Below are positions 20,740-30,696 of a stretch of 64,000 nt of DNA, one piece after another (positions within the stretch are counted from its first letter, which is position 1; each line of letters begins with the position of its first letter). Position numbers and translations under genes: made by a program. Below the pieces are notes generated by a model. It was not told where the DNA came from, made no database searches, and was given only the letters and a program-made list of their open reading frames with translations. This DNA comes from an uncultured delta proteobacterium (GTDB taxonomy: Bacteria; Desulfobacterota; Binatia; UBA9968): the NCBI GenBank assembly GCA_963745835.1, contig CAVUZH010000004.1, forward strand, positions 55,412 through 119,411, in the 5' to 3' direction.

Positions 20740-21939
20740 ATGGATAAATTTGACGATGTGCTTGTGATTGATGCTGACGGCCATGTGTACGAAGGCAACG
20801 TCGATCTCGCCAGCCGCATGCCTGAAAAGTGGCGCTCGCAGGCTCCCGTGCGACTAAAAGACAACCAGGGTAACTCGCGCATCATGTTGGAAGGACGCCT
20901 CTGGTCCGCCTCTCAAGGTCCCGGTCCCGGTGTCAGCGGGCCGATGACCGAAAAAGCGCGGGGCTATCGACCAGGCATGGTCGACCCGTTAGCACGATTG
21001 AAGGACATGGATGAGGAAGGCATCGATGTTGCCGTGCTGTTCGGCACGCAAATAGCGCTCACGGTAAATGGATTGATGAACGGTGAGCTGGCCGCTGTGC
21101 TTTGCCGCGCGGTGAACGAATGGCTGTTACAGTATTGTTCCGCCGATCCCAAGCGCTTGCTTGCAGTCGGCCTGATCCCGTGCCAGGCGCCGCAAGCAGC
21201 GGTCAGAGAATTGGAATTTCTCGCCAAAGCCGGTGCGGTCACCGCAATGCTGCCAACAAACGTCTACGGCCGCAACATGGGTGATATGATGTTCGATCCG
21301 ATTTATGACTGCGCACAGTCCCTCGGCATGACTTTGAGCGTTCATCCGCAGACCGGCCACGACGGCGTTCCGGGTGTCTCCGGCGTGATGGGCGCGGGCA
21401 GCGAGCGTTTTTTCAAATACGTCTACGTGCACATGACCGCCTTTCCTTTCGAGCTAATGATCGCCATGATGCACATGATCGGCGAGGGAGTATTTGACCG
21501 CTATCCGAAGCTGCGCGTAGGTTTCATGGAAGGCGGCGCCGGTTGGCTGCCATTTTGGGCAGAGCGCTTTGATGAGCACATCGAGAAGCTTGCACCGCAA
21601 ATGCCGGAGTTGAAACGCCGCCCTAGCGAGATTATCCGCGGCGAACAAGTGGTGCTCACCTGCGAATCCGAAGAGACCGGCCTCGATCGGGTGTTCGCGG
21701 CCAACGGCGAAAACACGGTCCTCTATGCTTCGGACTACTGCCATTGGGATTGTCACTTTCCCTATTCGGTGAAGGACGTGGTCGATGGGGAGGATTTAAC
21801 TTTTCCTCAAAAGGAAAGATTGTTAAACCGCAACGCCATCGAATTCTTCAAACTGAAGAACCTGCCGCAACCCGCTGCGCTTAAGAAGGCCCGACAAAGC
21901 TGGGCAAGCATAGGCCAGCAAAAGATCGCCACCGCCTGA
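20740..21939 (+). CDS. Amidohydrolase_2-family protein (decarboxylase/hydratase-like)
   Basis: IDADGH, DMD.EGID, EGGAGW, ASDYCHWD. Confidence 0.8.
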   Translation: MDKFDDVLVIDADGHVYEGNVDLASRMPEKWRSQAPVRLKDNQGNSRIMLEGRLWSASQGPGPGVSGPMTEKARGYRPGMVDPLARLKDMDEEGIDVAVLFGTQIALTVNGLMNGELAAVLCRAVNEWLLQYCSADPKRLLAVGLIPCQAPQAAVRELEFLAKAGAVTAMLPTNVYGRNMGDMMFDPIYDCAQSLGMTLSVHPQTGHDGVPGVSGVMGAGSERFFKYVYVHMTAFPFELMIAMMHMIGEGVFDRYPKLRVGFMEGGAGWLPFWAERFDEHIEKLAPQMPELKRRPSEIIRGEQVVLTCESEETGLDRVFAANGENTVLYASDYCHWDCHFPYSVKDVVDGEDLTFPQKERLLNRNAIEFFKLKNLPQPAALKKARQSWASIGQQKIATA

Positions 21940-21953
21940 TTACAAAGGGAGCT

Positions 21954-22931
21954 TTGATGAACTCGAAACCGTCGGACGAGGCAAGCAACCGCGGCATGCT
22001 CGTCGCCAGTCTCTCGTTAGCCTTCATTCTGCTCCTGGGCAGCAGCGTTCGCGGCGCCGAAGGCCTGCAGAAAATCAGAGTCGGTTTTCCTTCCCTGGCG
22101 TTCTCATACATGCCGTACTACGTCGCCCAGGAAAAAGGGATTTTGAAACAATATGGCTTGGAAGCCGAGTACATCCAGATGCGCACGGGCATTCAGCCTC
22201 AGGCCGTCATCAATGGCAATATCAACTTTTTTCCATCGGTCTCCACCGGGATTTCCGCGGCGGTTTCCGGCTTGCCACTGGTGGTGGTATTGAATTTCTG
22301 TGACGGCACGCCGTGGATCCTGGTCACGCAGAAGGAGATCAACAAGCCGCAGGATCTAATCGGCAAGCAGGTCGCGGTCTCAGGCCTGCGAACATCGCCG
22401 CATTACTTTTTGCAGGCGGCTCTTAAAAAATGGGAAGTCGCCGAGAAAGACGTCGGCATTATCAGCACCGGCGGCACTGCCGACAGCTTTATCGCCCTTG
22501 CCAGCAACCGGGTCGCGGGCACAGTGTTGACGCCGCCGTTCGATGACAAGGCAGTCTCTTTGGGCTACAAGAAATTCATGTTCCTGGGCGACTTGGCGGA
22601 TATTCCCTACGTCGGCGTGGTTACTTCGCAGGCGCAAATCAAAAACAATCGCGAGATGGTGCGCAGAACGCTTGCTGCGCTCACCGACTCCGTCGCTTGG
22701 ATTCGCGCCAACCGCGCCGAAAGCAGCAAGATGATCGCCAATAAGTTTAAAATCACTGCCGCCGAGGCCGAGCAGACCTACAATACGTTGATCAAAATTC
22801 TTAACAAGGACGGACGACTCGATCCCAAAGTCGCGCGCGGCTATTTGGAGCTGTTACGACAGGAGCGGCCAATTGCGGCGGATTTCGACCCGCAAAAGGT
22901 GCTTGATTTCTCTCTGTTGCCAAATCGCTAG
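21954..22931 (+). CDS. NMT1/SsuA-family substrate-binding protein
   Basis: Signal peptide; YVAQEKG..KQYGLE, DLIGKQVAV. Confidence 0.82.
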   Translation: MMNSKPSDEASNRGMLVASLSLAFILLLGSSVRGAEGLQKIRVGFPSLAFSYMPYYVAQEKGILKQYGLEAEYIQMRTGIQPQAVINGNINFFPSVSTGISAAVSGLPLVVVLNFCDGTPWILVTQKEINKPQDLIGKQVAVSGLRTSPHYFLQAALKKWEVAEKDVGIISTGGTADSFIALASNRVAGTVLTPPFDDKAVSLGYKKFMFLGDLADIPYVGVVTSQAQIKNNREMVRRTLAALTDSVAWIRANRAESSKMIANKFKITAAEAEQTYNTLIKILNKDGRLDPKVARGYLELLRQERPIAADFDPQKVLDFSLLPNR

Positions 22932-23096
22932 TCACCACATGATGCTGCGGCAGATCCTAGGATACAGCGAGCGCACCAGCAGCAGCGAAACCCAGTTGGT
23001 TTTAACTGCGACGTTACAGTAATTGGTTTCAAGAGGCACATTCGCAGGCGATGTATTTTGTTTCACGTTGATGGCGCCAGAAAACGGCGGAAGTTA

Positions 23097-23119
23097 TTGA
23101 CAACCTAGCCCTGCTAGGT
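23097..23119 (+). promoter_or_regulatory. -35 box followed by a perfect inverted repeat (putative operator)
   Basis: TTGACA at 23097-23102, then ACCTAGC-CCT-GCTAGGT at 23103-23119. Confidence 0.45.
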
Positions 23120-23147
23120 GCTCAAATAAACTATAGGAGGACTCGTT

Positions 23148-24242
23148 ATGGGATTTAAAGGTTATACGATCATTGATGGTGACGGTCATGTGATTGAGGA
23201 CACCAAGGCTATGGTTGGGTTCATGCCTCAACCCTACCGCGAGAAGTTCGATACCCATCCATTCTTCAATCCGTTTCCGCCGCTGGATCACCTCCATTCA
23301 GCCAACATGCACGATTTCCAGCCGGGAGCGTTCAACAAAGTCGGTCCGGACGGTTGGTTGGATTTCCTTGAGGATGTGGGAATCGAGACAACCGTTCTTT
23401 ACACCACGCTTGGCCTGGCGTTCGGGAAAATTGTCAGCCGCGATTGGGCGATTGACGTCGCGCGCGGCTACAACGACTGGTTGTATCATGAGTACCTGAA
23501 GAAAAGTCCGCGCTTCAAGGGAATTGCTTTGATTCCGCTCCAAGAAACGCAGGCCGCTGTTGAAGAGCTGAGAAGGGCGGTGAAGGAACTGGGCATGTGC
23601 GGCGCGATGCTGCCGTCCACCGGTATTCAATCCAATCTCGGTGATCAGCGTTATTGGCCGATCTATGAAGAAGCCGATCGTTTGGGTTGCGCGCTCGGCG
23701 TTCATGGCGGTGCGCACGAGAACATGGGGCTGGATGACTTGAGCCCGTATGCCCCGGTTCACGCTCTCGGTCATCCCTTCGGTCAGATGATTTCGTTTGC
23801 CGGCATGGTCTTCAACGGTATCTTCGATAAATTTCCTAATGTGAAATTTGGTTTTATGGAAGGAGGCGTCGCTTGGCTGCTGATGTGCTTGGAACGCTTC
23901 GATCGCTCGTGGGAAACACACATCCAGCATGATCCCCGCAAACGTTTTCTTGATCTACGCCCCAAAGAAAAAGTCCGTGAATATATCTCGCGACACATCG
24001 ACGAAGGCCGGATTTTTATCGGCTGCGAAGGCGAAGAGCCAGATATCGCCTATGCGATCGAGCGGGTAGGCAATAAGCCGTTCGTTTTTTCCAGTGACTA
24101 TCCGCACGAAGTGAACAATGAATTCTGCAAACATGAGATTACCGAAATGCTGGAAAATAAGGAGATGACCGAGGCGGACAAGAAGGCGGTCTTGCATGAA
24201 AACGCCCGCCGGTTCTACAGCCTAGGCACGCCGGCGCTATGA
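23148..24242 (+). CDS. Amidohydrolase_2-family protein
   Basis: AGGAGG SD; IDGDGH, VHGG, EGGVAW, SSDYPHE. Confidence 0.82.
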   Translation: MGFKGYTIIDGDGHVIEDTKAMVGFMPQPYREKFDTHPFFNPFPPLDHLHSANMHDFQPGAFNKVGPDGWLDFLEDVGIETTVLYTTLGLAFGKIVSRDWAIDVARGYNDWLYHEYLKKSPRFKGIALIPLQETQAAVEELRRAVKELGMCGAMLPSTGIQSNLGDQRYWPIYEEADRLGCALGVHGGAHENMGLDDLSPYAPVHALGHPFGQMISFAGMVFNGIFDKFPNVKFGFMEGGVAWLLMCLERFDRSWETHIQHDPRKRFLDLRPKEKVREYISRHIDEGRIFIGCEGEEPDIAYAIERVGNKPFVFSSDYPHEVNNEFCKHEITEMLENKEMTEADKKAVLHENARRFYSLGTPAL

Positions 24243-24940
24243 AGGCTCAGGCGCGCATTGGTTTGATCATTCCTTCGAGCAATCGATTAACCGAGCCGCA
24301 GTTTAACCGTTATGCGCCGTCAGGCGTCGACATCCATGTCACCCGGCTGCGCATGACGGGCAAGTATCGCAAACCTCTAAACGAGCTGAAACCCGCGTTG
24401 GTCGAAGCCTCCGAAGCTCTTTCCGACGTCAATCCGGGGCTTATCGTTTTTCACTGCACGGCAAACTCGATGGAGAATGGATTAGCGCACGAAGCCGCGA
24501 TCGTTGAAATCATCGAACAATCCAGCGGCTGTCCCACCCTCACTACGGCGCAAGCAATCACCCAGGCCTTCGACCACTTTGCCATCAAAAAACTGGTGCT
24601 TATCAGTCCCTACGTTCAGGCGACCAACGAACACGAAGTTCACTATCTCGAGGAAGCCGGCTACACAGTCGTCCATGAGCTAGGTCTCGGACTTGAAAGT
24701 CACGGTTACTCGGCCGTGACTCCGGAGGAATGGAAGAGGATCGTCAGAGAGAATGCTCGAGCGGATGCCGATGGCTACTTTCTCAGTTGCACGAACACCC
24801 GCATGATCGAAGCCGTCCCGGAGATTGAGCGGGAAATGGACAAACCGGTCATCAGCAGCAACCAAGCAACCCTGTGGGCGTGCCTGAAACGGCTAGCCAT
24901 CTCTCATTCGAACAACAGTCTGGGGCGACTTTTCAATTAG
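24239..24940 (+). CDS. Asp/Glu racemase / maleate cis-trans isomerase family protein
   Basis: IGLIIPSSN, two catalytic Cys (HCTA, SCTN), KPVISSNQA; 4-bp overlap with the upstream gene. Confidence 0.82.
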   Translation: MKAQARIGLIIPSSNRLTEPQFNRYAPSGVDIHVTRLRMTGKYRKPLNELKPALVEASEALSDVNPGLIVFHCTANSMENGLAHEAAIVEIIEQSSGCPTLTTAQAITQAFDHFAIKKLVLISPYVQATNEHEVHYLEEAGYTVVHELGLGLESHGYSAVTPEEWKRIVRENARADADGYFLSCTNTRMIEAVPEIEREMDKPVISSNQATLWACLKRLAISHSNNSLGRLFN

Positions 24941-25013
24941 CTCTGCAGTTTCAGCTCGGATACCCGTGCACGCTCAGCAATTGCCTTCCACCGCAAGCGC
25001 CCGAACTGCATGT

Positions 25014-27236
25014 TTATAGTTTCGCCAGCTTTTCTTTCAATCCCGTATAGCGCCGTTCCAAGCGAACGTTTTGAATCGCCATCGCCAGAGCGCGGCGGCT
25101 GCCGACGAGTACCACTCTTTTTTTACCTCGAGTAACGGCAGTGTAAAGAATACTTCGATGGAGCATCATATAGTGAGACATGTGCAGCGGGATGACCACC
25201 ACGGGGTATTCACTGCCCTGGCTTTTGTGAATCGATGTGGCATAGGCCAGGCTTATTTCATCCAGCTCATCGTCGTTGTACTCGACTGTCTTGTCGTAGA
25301 AATCGACCTGAACCTTCCCTTCCTTGCGATCTATGTCGGTAATGCGGCCAAGGTCGCCGTTGTAAATACCTTTGTCATAGTTGTTGCGCAGCTGCATGAC
25401 CTTGTCGTTGGCGCGAAGTAAGATTTCGCCGCGCTGAAGCGAATCGCCGATCGGATTGAGTAAACTCTGCATCTCGCGATTCAGTTGGATAGTTCCGAGC
25501 ATGCCCCTGTGCATCGGCGTCAAGAGCTGGATGGCGTGCGGAACCTCGTCGGCTGCGAGGTTCAACGTTCGCGGTAACTCCTCTTTAACCAGGTCCTTGA
25601 CCGATTGGAGAATTTCCTCTTCGGACTCGCGCGCCAGAAGAATGAAGTCTCGTTCCGAGTTATCGCTCGGCGTCACTAACGACTGCCCCTGGAGAATACG
25701 ATGAGCATTGGCGACGATTAGGCTATGCCGATCTTGCCGGAAGATGCGGCGTAACATGACCACCGGTATCATCCCAGAATCAATCAGATCGCGCAGCACG
25801 CTTCCCGGTCCCACGGACGGAAGCTGATCGACATCGCCGATGAGAACGAGATGACTATGGCGATCGATGGCGCTGAGCAGATTATCCATGAGCGCCAGAT
25901 CCACCATCGAGGCCTCATCGATGATCACCACGTCGGCCTCCAGCGGTCGATCTTCGCTCCGTTGAAAGCCGCCTTCATGTGGGTTGTATTCGAGCAGCCG
26001 GTGAATCGTCATCGCTTCTTCGCCGGCGCTTTCAGCCATGCGCTTGGCAGCTCGGCCGGTCGGCGCGGCGAGAACGAATGAAAATTTCGCGCGCCGCAAG
26101 ACAGCCAGTAAGGAGTTGAGCAAAGTGGTTTTGCCGGTTCCGGGCCCGCCGGTGATGACCAAAACCTTTTGCTGCAACGCTTGGCGCACCGCTTCTTGTT
26201 GTTCCTCTTCGAGAATCGCAAAGGATTGATCAATGAGTTCCAGATCGGTCAACCCTATCAACTCGCGTGGTTCGGCGGTGGAACCGGGGAAGGACTTTCT
26301 TCCGCCGCCGAGCGTGACAGAAGGACTCGACAGTAGCCGGTGCAGCGCTTCAGCGACTCGCTGCTCGGCGCGATAAAGGTCGGCCAGATAGACATGCGCC
26401 CGCTCCTCGCTGGTAGTCTGTTCCAGGATCACGTCGCCGCTCGCAGCCAGCTTTTCCACCGCATCCTCGATCACACCTTCGCCCACACGCAGCAGCGGCG
26501 CGGCATTCCTGATGAGAGCCGAGAAAAGCACGAAACAATGCCCCTGATCGATAAACTCTTTGAGAACATGAAGCACCCCCGCCTGCACACGGAGGGGGAA
26601 ATCACCGCTGATCCCGAGTCTTGCGGCAATGCGGTCGGCGAGGACAAAACCGACACCATAAATATCGCGCGCGAGCGCATAAGGATTGTCCTTGACCCGT
26701 CGAATGGTGTCCAAGCCGTAGAACCGGTAGATTTTAAGCGCCAGTGCGGCGCCGATGCCGTGTCCTTGCAAAAACACCATGATGTCTTGCATTCCGCGCT
26801 GCGCCTCCCAGGCCTGCATAATCCCGCGCGCCCGCGCCGCGCCGATGCCTTCGACTTCAAGCACACGATGCGGCTCCTGGGAGAGAATCCTCAAAGTTTC
26901 CAATCCGAAGGCGTCGACCAAACGGCGCGCATAGGTCGGCCCGATGCCTTTGATCATGCCCGAGCCAAGGTATTTTTCGATGCCTTCCAAAGTTGCGGGA
27001 TCAACCTTTTCCCAATGATCGGCTTGAAATTGCTGGCCGTAGCGTGGGTGCGTTTTCCAGAAACCGAAGACTTTGATCTCCTCGCCTTCCGAAACGGGGT
27101 AGACTCCGCCGACCACGGTGACGCCGGGGGCATTTTCGACGTCCAGCCGCAAAACCGTATAGTTAGTATCGGGATGATGGTAGGTTATCTTATGCACGGT
27201 GCCCTGCACCGCGACTTTCTCGGGCTGTTTTACCAC
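25014..27236 (-). CDS. recD2: ATP-dependent RecD2 DNA helicase
   Basis: N-terminal HhH region (YLGSG.IKGIG), GGPGTGKT, APTGRAAKR, DEASM, GD.DQLPSVG, HKSQGSEY, YTAVTR. Confidence 0.93.
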   Translation of the reverse strand: MVKQPEKVAVQGTVHKITYHHPDTNYTVLRLDVENAPGVTVVGGVYPVSEGEEIKVFGFWKTHPRYGQQFQADHWEKVDPATLEGIEKYLGSGMIKGIGPTYARRLVDAFGLETLRILSQEPHRVLEVEGIGAARARGIMQAWEAQRGMQDIMVFLQGHGIGAALALKIYRFYGLDTIRRVKDNPYALARDIYGVGFVLADRIAARLGISGDFPLRVQAGVLHVLKEFIDQGHCFVLFSALIRNAAPLLRVGEGVIEDAVEKLAASGDVILEQTTSEERAHVYLADLYRAEQRVAEALHRLLSSPSVTLGGGRKSFPGSTAEPRELIGLTDLELIDQSFAILEEEQQEAVRQALQQKVLVITGGPGTGKTTLLNSLLAVLRRAKFSFVLAAPTGRAAKRMAESAGEEAMTIHRLLEYNPHEGGFQRSEDRPLEADVVIIDEASMVDLALMDNLLSAIDRHSHLVLIGDVDQLPSVGPGSVLRDLIDSGMIPVVMLRRIFRQDRHSLIVANAHRILQGQSLVTPSDNSERDFILLARESEEEILQSVKDLVKEELPRTLNLAADEVPHAIQLLTPMHRGMLGTIQLNREMQSLLNPIGDSLQRGEILLRANDKVMQLRNNYDKGIYNGDLGRITDIDRKEGKVQVDFYDKTVEYNDDELDEISLAYATSIHKSQGSEYPVVVIPLHMSHYMMLHRSILYTAVTRGKKRVVLVGSRRALAMAIQNVRLERRYTGLKEKLAKL

Positions 27237-27367
27237 AACGTCTTATTCCGAGCCTGCATGAATTGAATCATTCCCTGAAAAGCCTTAGCTCCGGCCGCGC
27301 GTTGACCGCATTCGCCGAGTTTGCACCAACGTGTCCTTGCTCGAGTTTAGCTATACATAACAAGTGC

Positions 27368-27396
27368 TTGCGTTTTCCCGAGCGGATGCTTACATT
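27368..27396 (+). promoter_or_regulatory. Sigma-70-type promoter for the CNNM/CBS gene
   Basis: TTGCGT-N17-TACATT. Confidence 0.55.
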
Positions 27397-27410
27397 CGAC
27401 TGTAGCAGAT

Positions 27411-27464
27411 ATGCGCCGCCTCCCGCACCTGACCCATCCATTCCAGAACGTTGCCTCCCGGTGA
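27411..27464 (+). CDS. Putative 17-aa leader peptide (MRRLPHLTHPFQNVASR)
   Basis: ATG about 15 nt after the -10 box, stop inside a hairpin, upstream of an SD-overlapping hairpin (27485-27512). Confidence 0.35.
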   Translation: MRRLPHLTHPFQNVASR

Positions 27465-27521
27465 TACTCACGGCGAACGTGTTTTCCGTTGTCTTCGAGC
27501 TGAAGACACGGAGGAGAGATA

Positions 27522-28844
27522 TTGATGATCGTCGAAAATCTTTTTTTTGAAGCAGCCATCATTTTTCTTTTAATTCTGGCCAACGGATTCTTCGCTGCTT
27601 CGGAAATCGCCATGATCGCAATCCGCAAAAGCCGGATCGACACAATGATCGAAAAGGGAGTTAAATGCGCTTTAATTATCGGTCGCCTCAAAAAAGATCC
27701 AGACCGATTTTTGGCCACGGTACAGATCGGGGTTACGATTGTCAGCTCGCTGGCCTCGGCCCTCGGCGGGGCTGCGGCGATCTCGTTTGTTAAACCGGCT
27801 ATTGAAGCAGCGGCGATTCCGGCCCTCGCCCCTTGGGCCGACGTAATCGCCATCGCGGTGGTGGTTATCCCGATCTCCTATCTTTCGCTGGTGTTCGGCG
27901 AGTTGGTGCCGAAATCGCTCGCGCTTCGCTTCTCTGAGCAGATCGCATGCATGGCTGCCCGCCCGATCGATCTTTTGTCGCGCCTTAGCTCATTTCTTGT
28001 GAGAATTCTGACCGGGTCCAGCAATGCGGTGCTTCGGTTGTTCGGCGGTTCCGAAGTCGAAGGCGCGAGTTTCATCAGCGTTGAGGAGGTGAAATCTCTC
28101 ATTCGTGAAGGAGCGGCCAAAGGTATCTTCAACGAGACTGAGAAAGAGCTGATCCATGGTGTGTTTGAGCTGGCCGACACGCCAGTGAAAGCCGTCATGG
28201 TGCCGCGCACTGAAATTCACGCGCTCGAGATTCACTCCACTCCCAGCGAAGCCGCGGCGAGTTTCATCGAAAGCGGCTTCTCGCGCATCCCTATCTATGA
28301 CGGCGAGCTGGATCATGTGGTCGGGGTTCTTTATAACAAAGATTTCTTTAAGACTCTGCAACAAAAAACCGAGTTTCGGATAAAAGATCACCTGCACCCG
28401 GCGTTTTTCGTCCCTAGCACGCTGCCCATAAGCGAGCTGCTCAAGCAGTTGCAACGGCGCCGACTTGCGATGGCGATGGTGGTCAACGAATTCGGCGAGG
28501 TCGAGGGATTGGCGACTCTTGAAGACTTGCTGGAGGAGATCGTCGGCGAAATCCGCGACGAGTATGATCGCGAAGAGCGCGGCCCGGTGGACCGGTTGCC
28601 TGACGGCTCGATGGTGATCCAGGGCTCGGCCCTATTAAAGGATCTGAAAGCGGACTTCGACCTGCCGTTCGAGGAGTCACCCGATTACCATACGCTTGCC
28701 GGGTTCCTGTTAGCTAGGCTAAAGCGCATTCCCCGGGGCGGTGAATGGGTCGAAGAAAATGGCTACAAGCTCACCATCGTCGATATGGAAGGAAGGCGCA
28801 TCGTCAAGATAAAACTGGAGCAAAATCCGCACAAACAACTTTGA
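27522..28844 (+). CDS. Hemolysin-family CNNM (DUF21) + CBS + CorC_HlyC protein, putative Mg2+/Co2+ transport
   Basis: NGFFAASEIA, VQIGVT, FGELVPKS, GFSRIP, NEFG..EGLATLEDLLEEIVGEI.DEYD, TLAGF. Confidence 0.9.
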   Translation: MMIVENLFFEAAIIFLLILANGFFAASEIAMIAIRKSRIDTMIEKGVKCALIIGRLKKDPDRFLATVQIGVTIVSSLASALGGAAAISFVKPAIEAAAIPALAPWADVIAIAVVVIPISYLSLVFGELVPKSLALRFSEQIACMAARPIDLLSRLSSFLVRILTGSSNAVLRLFGGSEVEGASFISVEEVKSLIREGAAKGIFNETEKELIHGVFELADTPVKAVMVPRTEIHALEIHSTPSEAAASFIESGFSRIPIYDGELDHVVGVLYNKDFFKTLQQKTEFRIKDHLHPAFFVPSTLPISELLKQLQRRRLAMAMVVNEFGEVEGLATLEDLLEEIVGEIRDEYDREERGPVDRLPDGSMVIQGSALLKDLKADFDLPFEESPDYHTLAGFLLARLKRIPRGGEWVEENGYKLTIVDMEGRRIVKIKLEQNPHKQL

Positions 28845-28849
28845 ATTGG

Positions 28850-29266
28850 TTAGTAGCAACGGATTTCTATTTCATTGCCGTCCGGATCGAGGAAGTAGAC
28901 GGATGTCGCTTTGCCGCGGGCGCCCCAGCGCGAGACCGGCCCTTGTCTGATGATGATTCTATTCTCTTTCAAGTAGTCGATGATTCCAGCGAAATCCTCT
29001 TTGCTGGTGACCATGCAAAAATGATTCAGATTGCCCGCTGGTTTTTCTCCGTCACTCGGTCTACTCTGCTGTCCCTTCACTGGAAACAAATCGATGATGG
29101 TGTCGGCATTGATGCGCACGGACGGAAAGCCGGCCTTGCCGGTTCGGAATTCGTCGAGACGTTCCGCTTTCAAGCCCATCACACCGGTATAGAATTGCAG
29201 AGAGCGTTCGATATCACCGACGTTCAGCACGATATGGTCGAGCTCGCTAATTTTAAACCCGCTCAT
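28850..29266 (-). CDS. VOC/glyoxalase-family protein
   Basis: LDHIVL.V.DIERSL.FY, LNHFC, SVYF.DPDGNEIE. Confidence 0.87.
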   Translation of the reverse strand: MSGFKISELDHIVLNVGDIERSLQFYTGVMGLKAERLDEFRTGKAGFPSVRINADTIIDLFPVKGQQSRPSDGEKPAGNLNHFCMVTSKEDFAGIIDYLKENRIIIRQGPVSRWGARGKATSVYFLDPDGNEIEIRCY

Positions 29267-30357
29267 AATTTGCCTCCTCCGCTTTGCAACGGATTAACCG
29301 GATCCTTCTGAATTGCTGCGATCTGTTGCAACAACCTTTCGACATCTTCGGGAGTACCGACAGTGATGCGCAAGCTGTCTCGCAGTTCTGGTGTAGCAAA
29401 ATAGCGCACGTAAATCTTTCTTTCCCGTAGCGCCTGGTAAAGCGCTTTTTGCTCCTGCCCTTTCCTTTGCGCCATTACAAAATTGGCGTGCGAGGGGTAG
29501 ACATAAAAACCCAGCTTGACCAATCCATCGACCAGTTGCCACCGAGTTTGCTGGATGCGGCGAACATTCTGCTGCATCCAGGGAAGATCCTGCAACGCAG
29601 CCGTGGCGGCAACCAGGCTCAGACGATTTAGATTGTAACTGTCTTTGACCTTCATCATACCAGAAATTAATTCGGCAGGGGCAAAAGCCAGACCGATACG
29701 CAGACCCGCGAGAGAAAATGATTTGGAGAAAGTCCGCAGAACGATCAGATTGGGAATACTTTGAATCAAACAAATAGCAGATGAACCAGGGTCTTCAGCG
29801 AAATCGATATAAGCCTCGTCGACGACGAGAACTCCGGACACGGCCCGAGCTAGCCTCTCGATTTCGGTCAAACTCACCAGTGTTCCCGACGGCGAGTTGG
29901 GATTGCACAAAAACGTGATGGCGGCATTTGCCGAGTGTAACTCCGGCGGAATTGCAAAATCGGCAGGATAATCGACGCACACCAGCTCGCCGTCTTGAAC
30001 CTTCACCAAAGTCTCATAAAGCGAATACGTGGGTACTGGGAATGCGACTCGATCGCCTCGACCGGCAAAACAACGCAAGATGATTGACAGGATTTCATCC
30101 GAGCCATTCCCGGCCATAATATTCTCAAGGCGGACACCATAAACCTCTGCTGCAATGTTGCGGAGAGAATCGCTGAGCGGTTCCGGATAGAGCCTTAGCG
30201 ACTGGTTTGTCGCATCACGTAATGCCGCGAGCACGCCCGGCGACGGCGGGTACGGGTTCTCGTTTGTGTTGAGCTTGGCAAGCTTTTCATCACCAGGTTG
30301 CTCCCCGGGAACATAGCCGGCCATCGATGCAATGTTAGGGCGAAAATAACGTGACAT
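29263..30357 (-). CDS. hisC: Histidinol-phosphate aminotransferase
   Basis: YVPGEQP, KLNTNENPYPPS, GNGSDE, NPNSPSG, VDEAY, RTFSKSFSLAGLRIG. Confidence 0.9.
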   Translation of the reverse strand: MSRYFRPNIASMAGYVPGEQPGDEKLAKLNTNENPYPPSPGVLAALRDATNQSLRLYPEPLSDSLRNIAAEVYGVRLENIMAGNGSDEILSIILRCFAGRGDRVAFPVPTYSLYETLVKVQDGELVCVDYPADFAIPPELHSANAAITFLCNPNSPSGTLVSLTEIERLARAVSGVLVVDEAYIDFAEDPGSSAICLIQSIPNLIVLRTFSKSFSLAGLRIGLAFAPAELISGMMKVKDSYNLNRLSLVAATAALQDLPWMQQNVRRIQQTRWQLVDGLVKLGFYVYPSHANFVMAQRKGQEQKALYQALRERKIYVRYFATPELRDSLRITVGTPEDVERLLQQIAAIQKDPVNPLQSGGGKL

Positions 30358-30574
30358 GGTGCGGATTCTAGCTGTCGCGAAAACCCATTTCAAACCACAA
30401 TTAATTAGCTATTCCGAGTTAAGCGCCATCGAACAGCCCTGAGCTTGGTCTAAGGGTTTTGTCCAAATTTAATCGATTTTGTCCAGGAATAGCTCCGTTG
30501 TGCACGATTTCACACGATTCTGCCTAACCGCTGTTTATAAGCTGCTGAAAATTAAGCGATTTCGTTTTTTACAC

Positions 30575-30589
30575 TGGCATGTTTTTGGC
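30575..30589 (+). promoter_or_regulatory. Putative sigma-54 promoter with upstream direct repeats and an IHF-like site
   Basis: TGGCATGTTTTTGGC (GG-N10-GC); TTTTGTCCA at 30457 and 30477; TAAGCTGCTGAAA near 30538. Confidence 0.5.
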
Positions 30590-30696
30590 ACTGTGCCGGC
30601 AGGTTCGTGCTTCCAAGAGACTGCTAAGTCCGCCGCAGACGTTAATGGCGGTCGGAGTACGACGGCGAAGCGAATTTGGCAGCGTTAGAGGAAACT

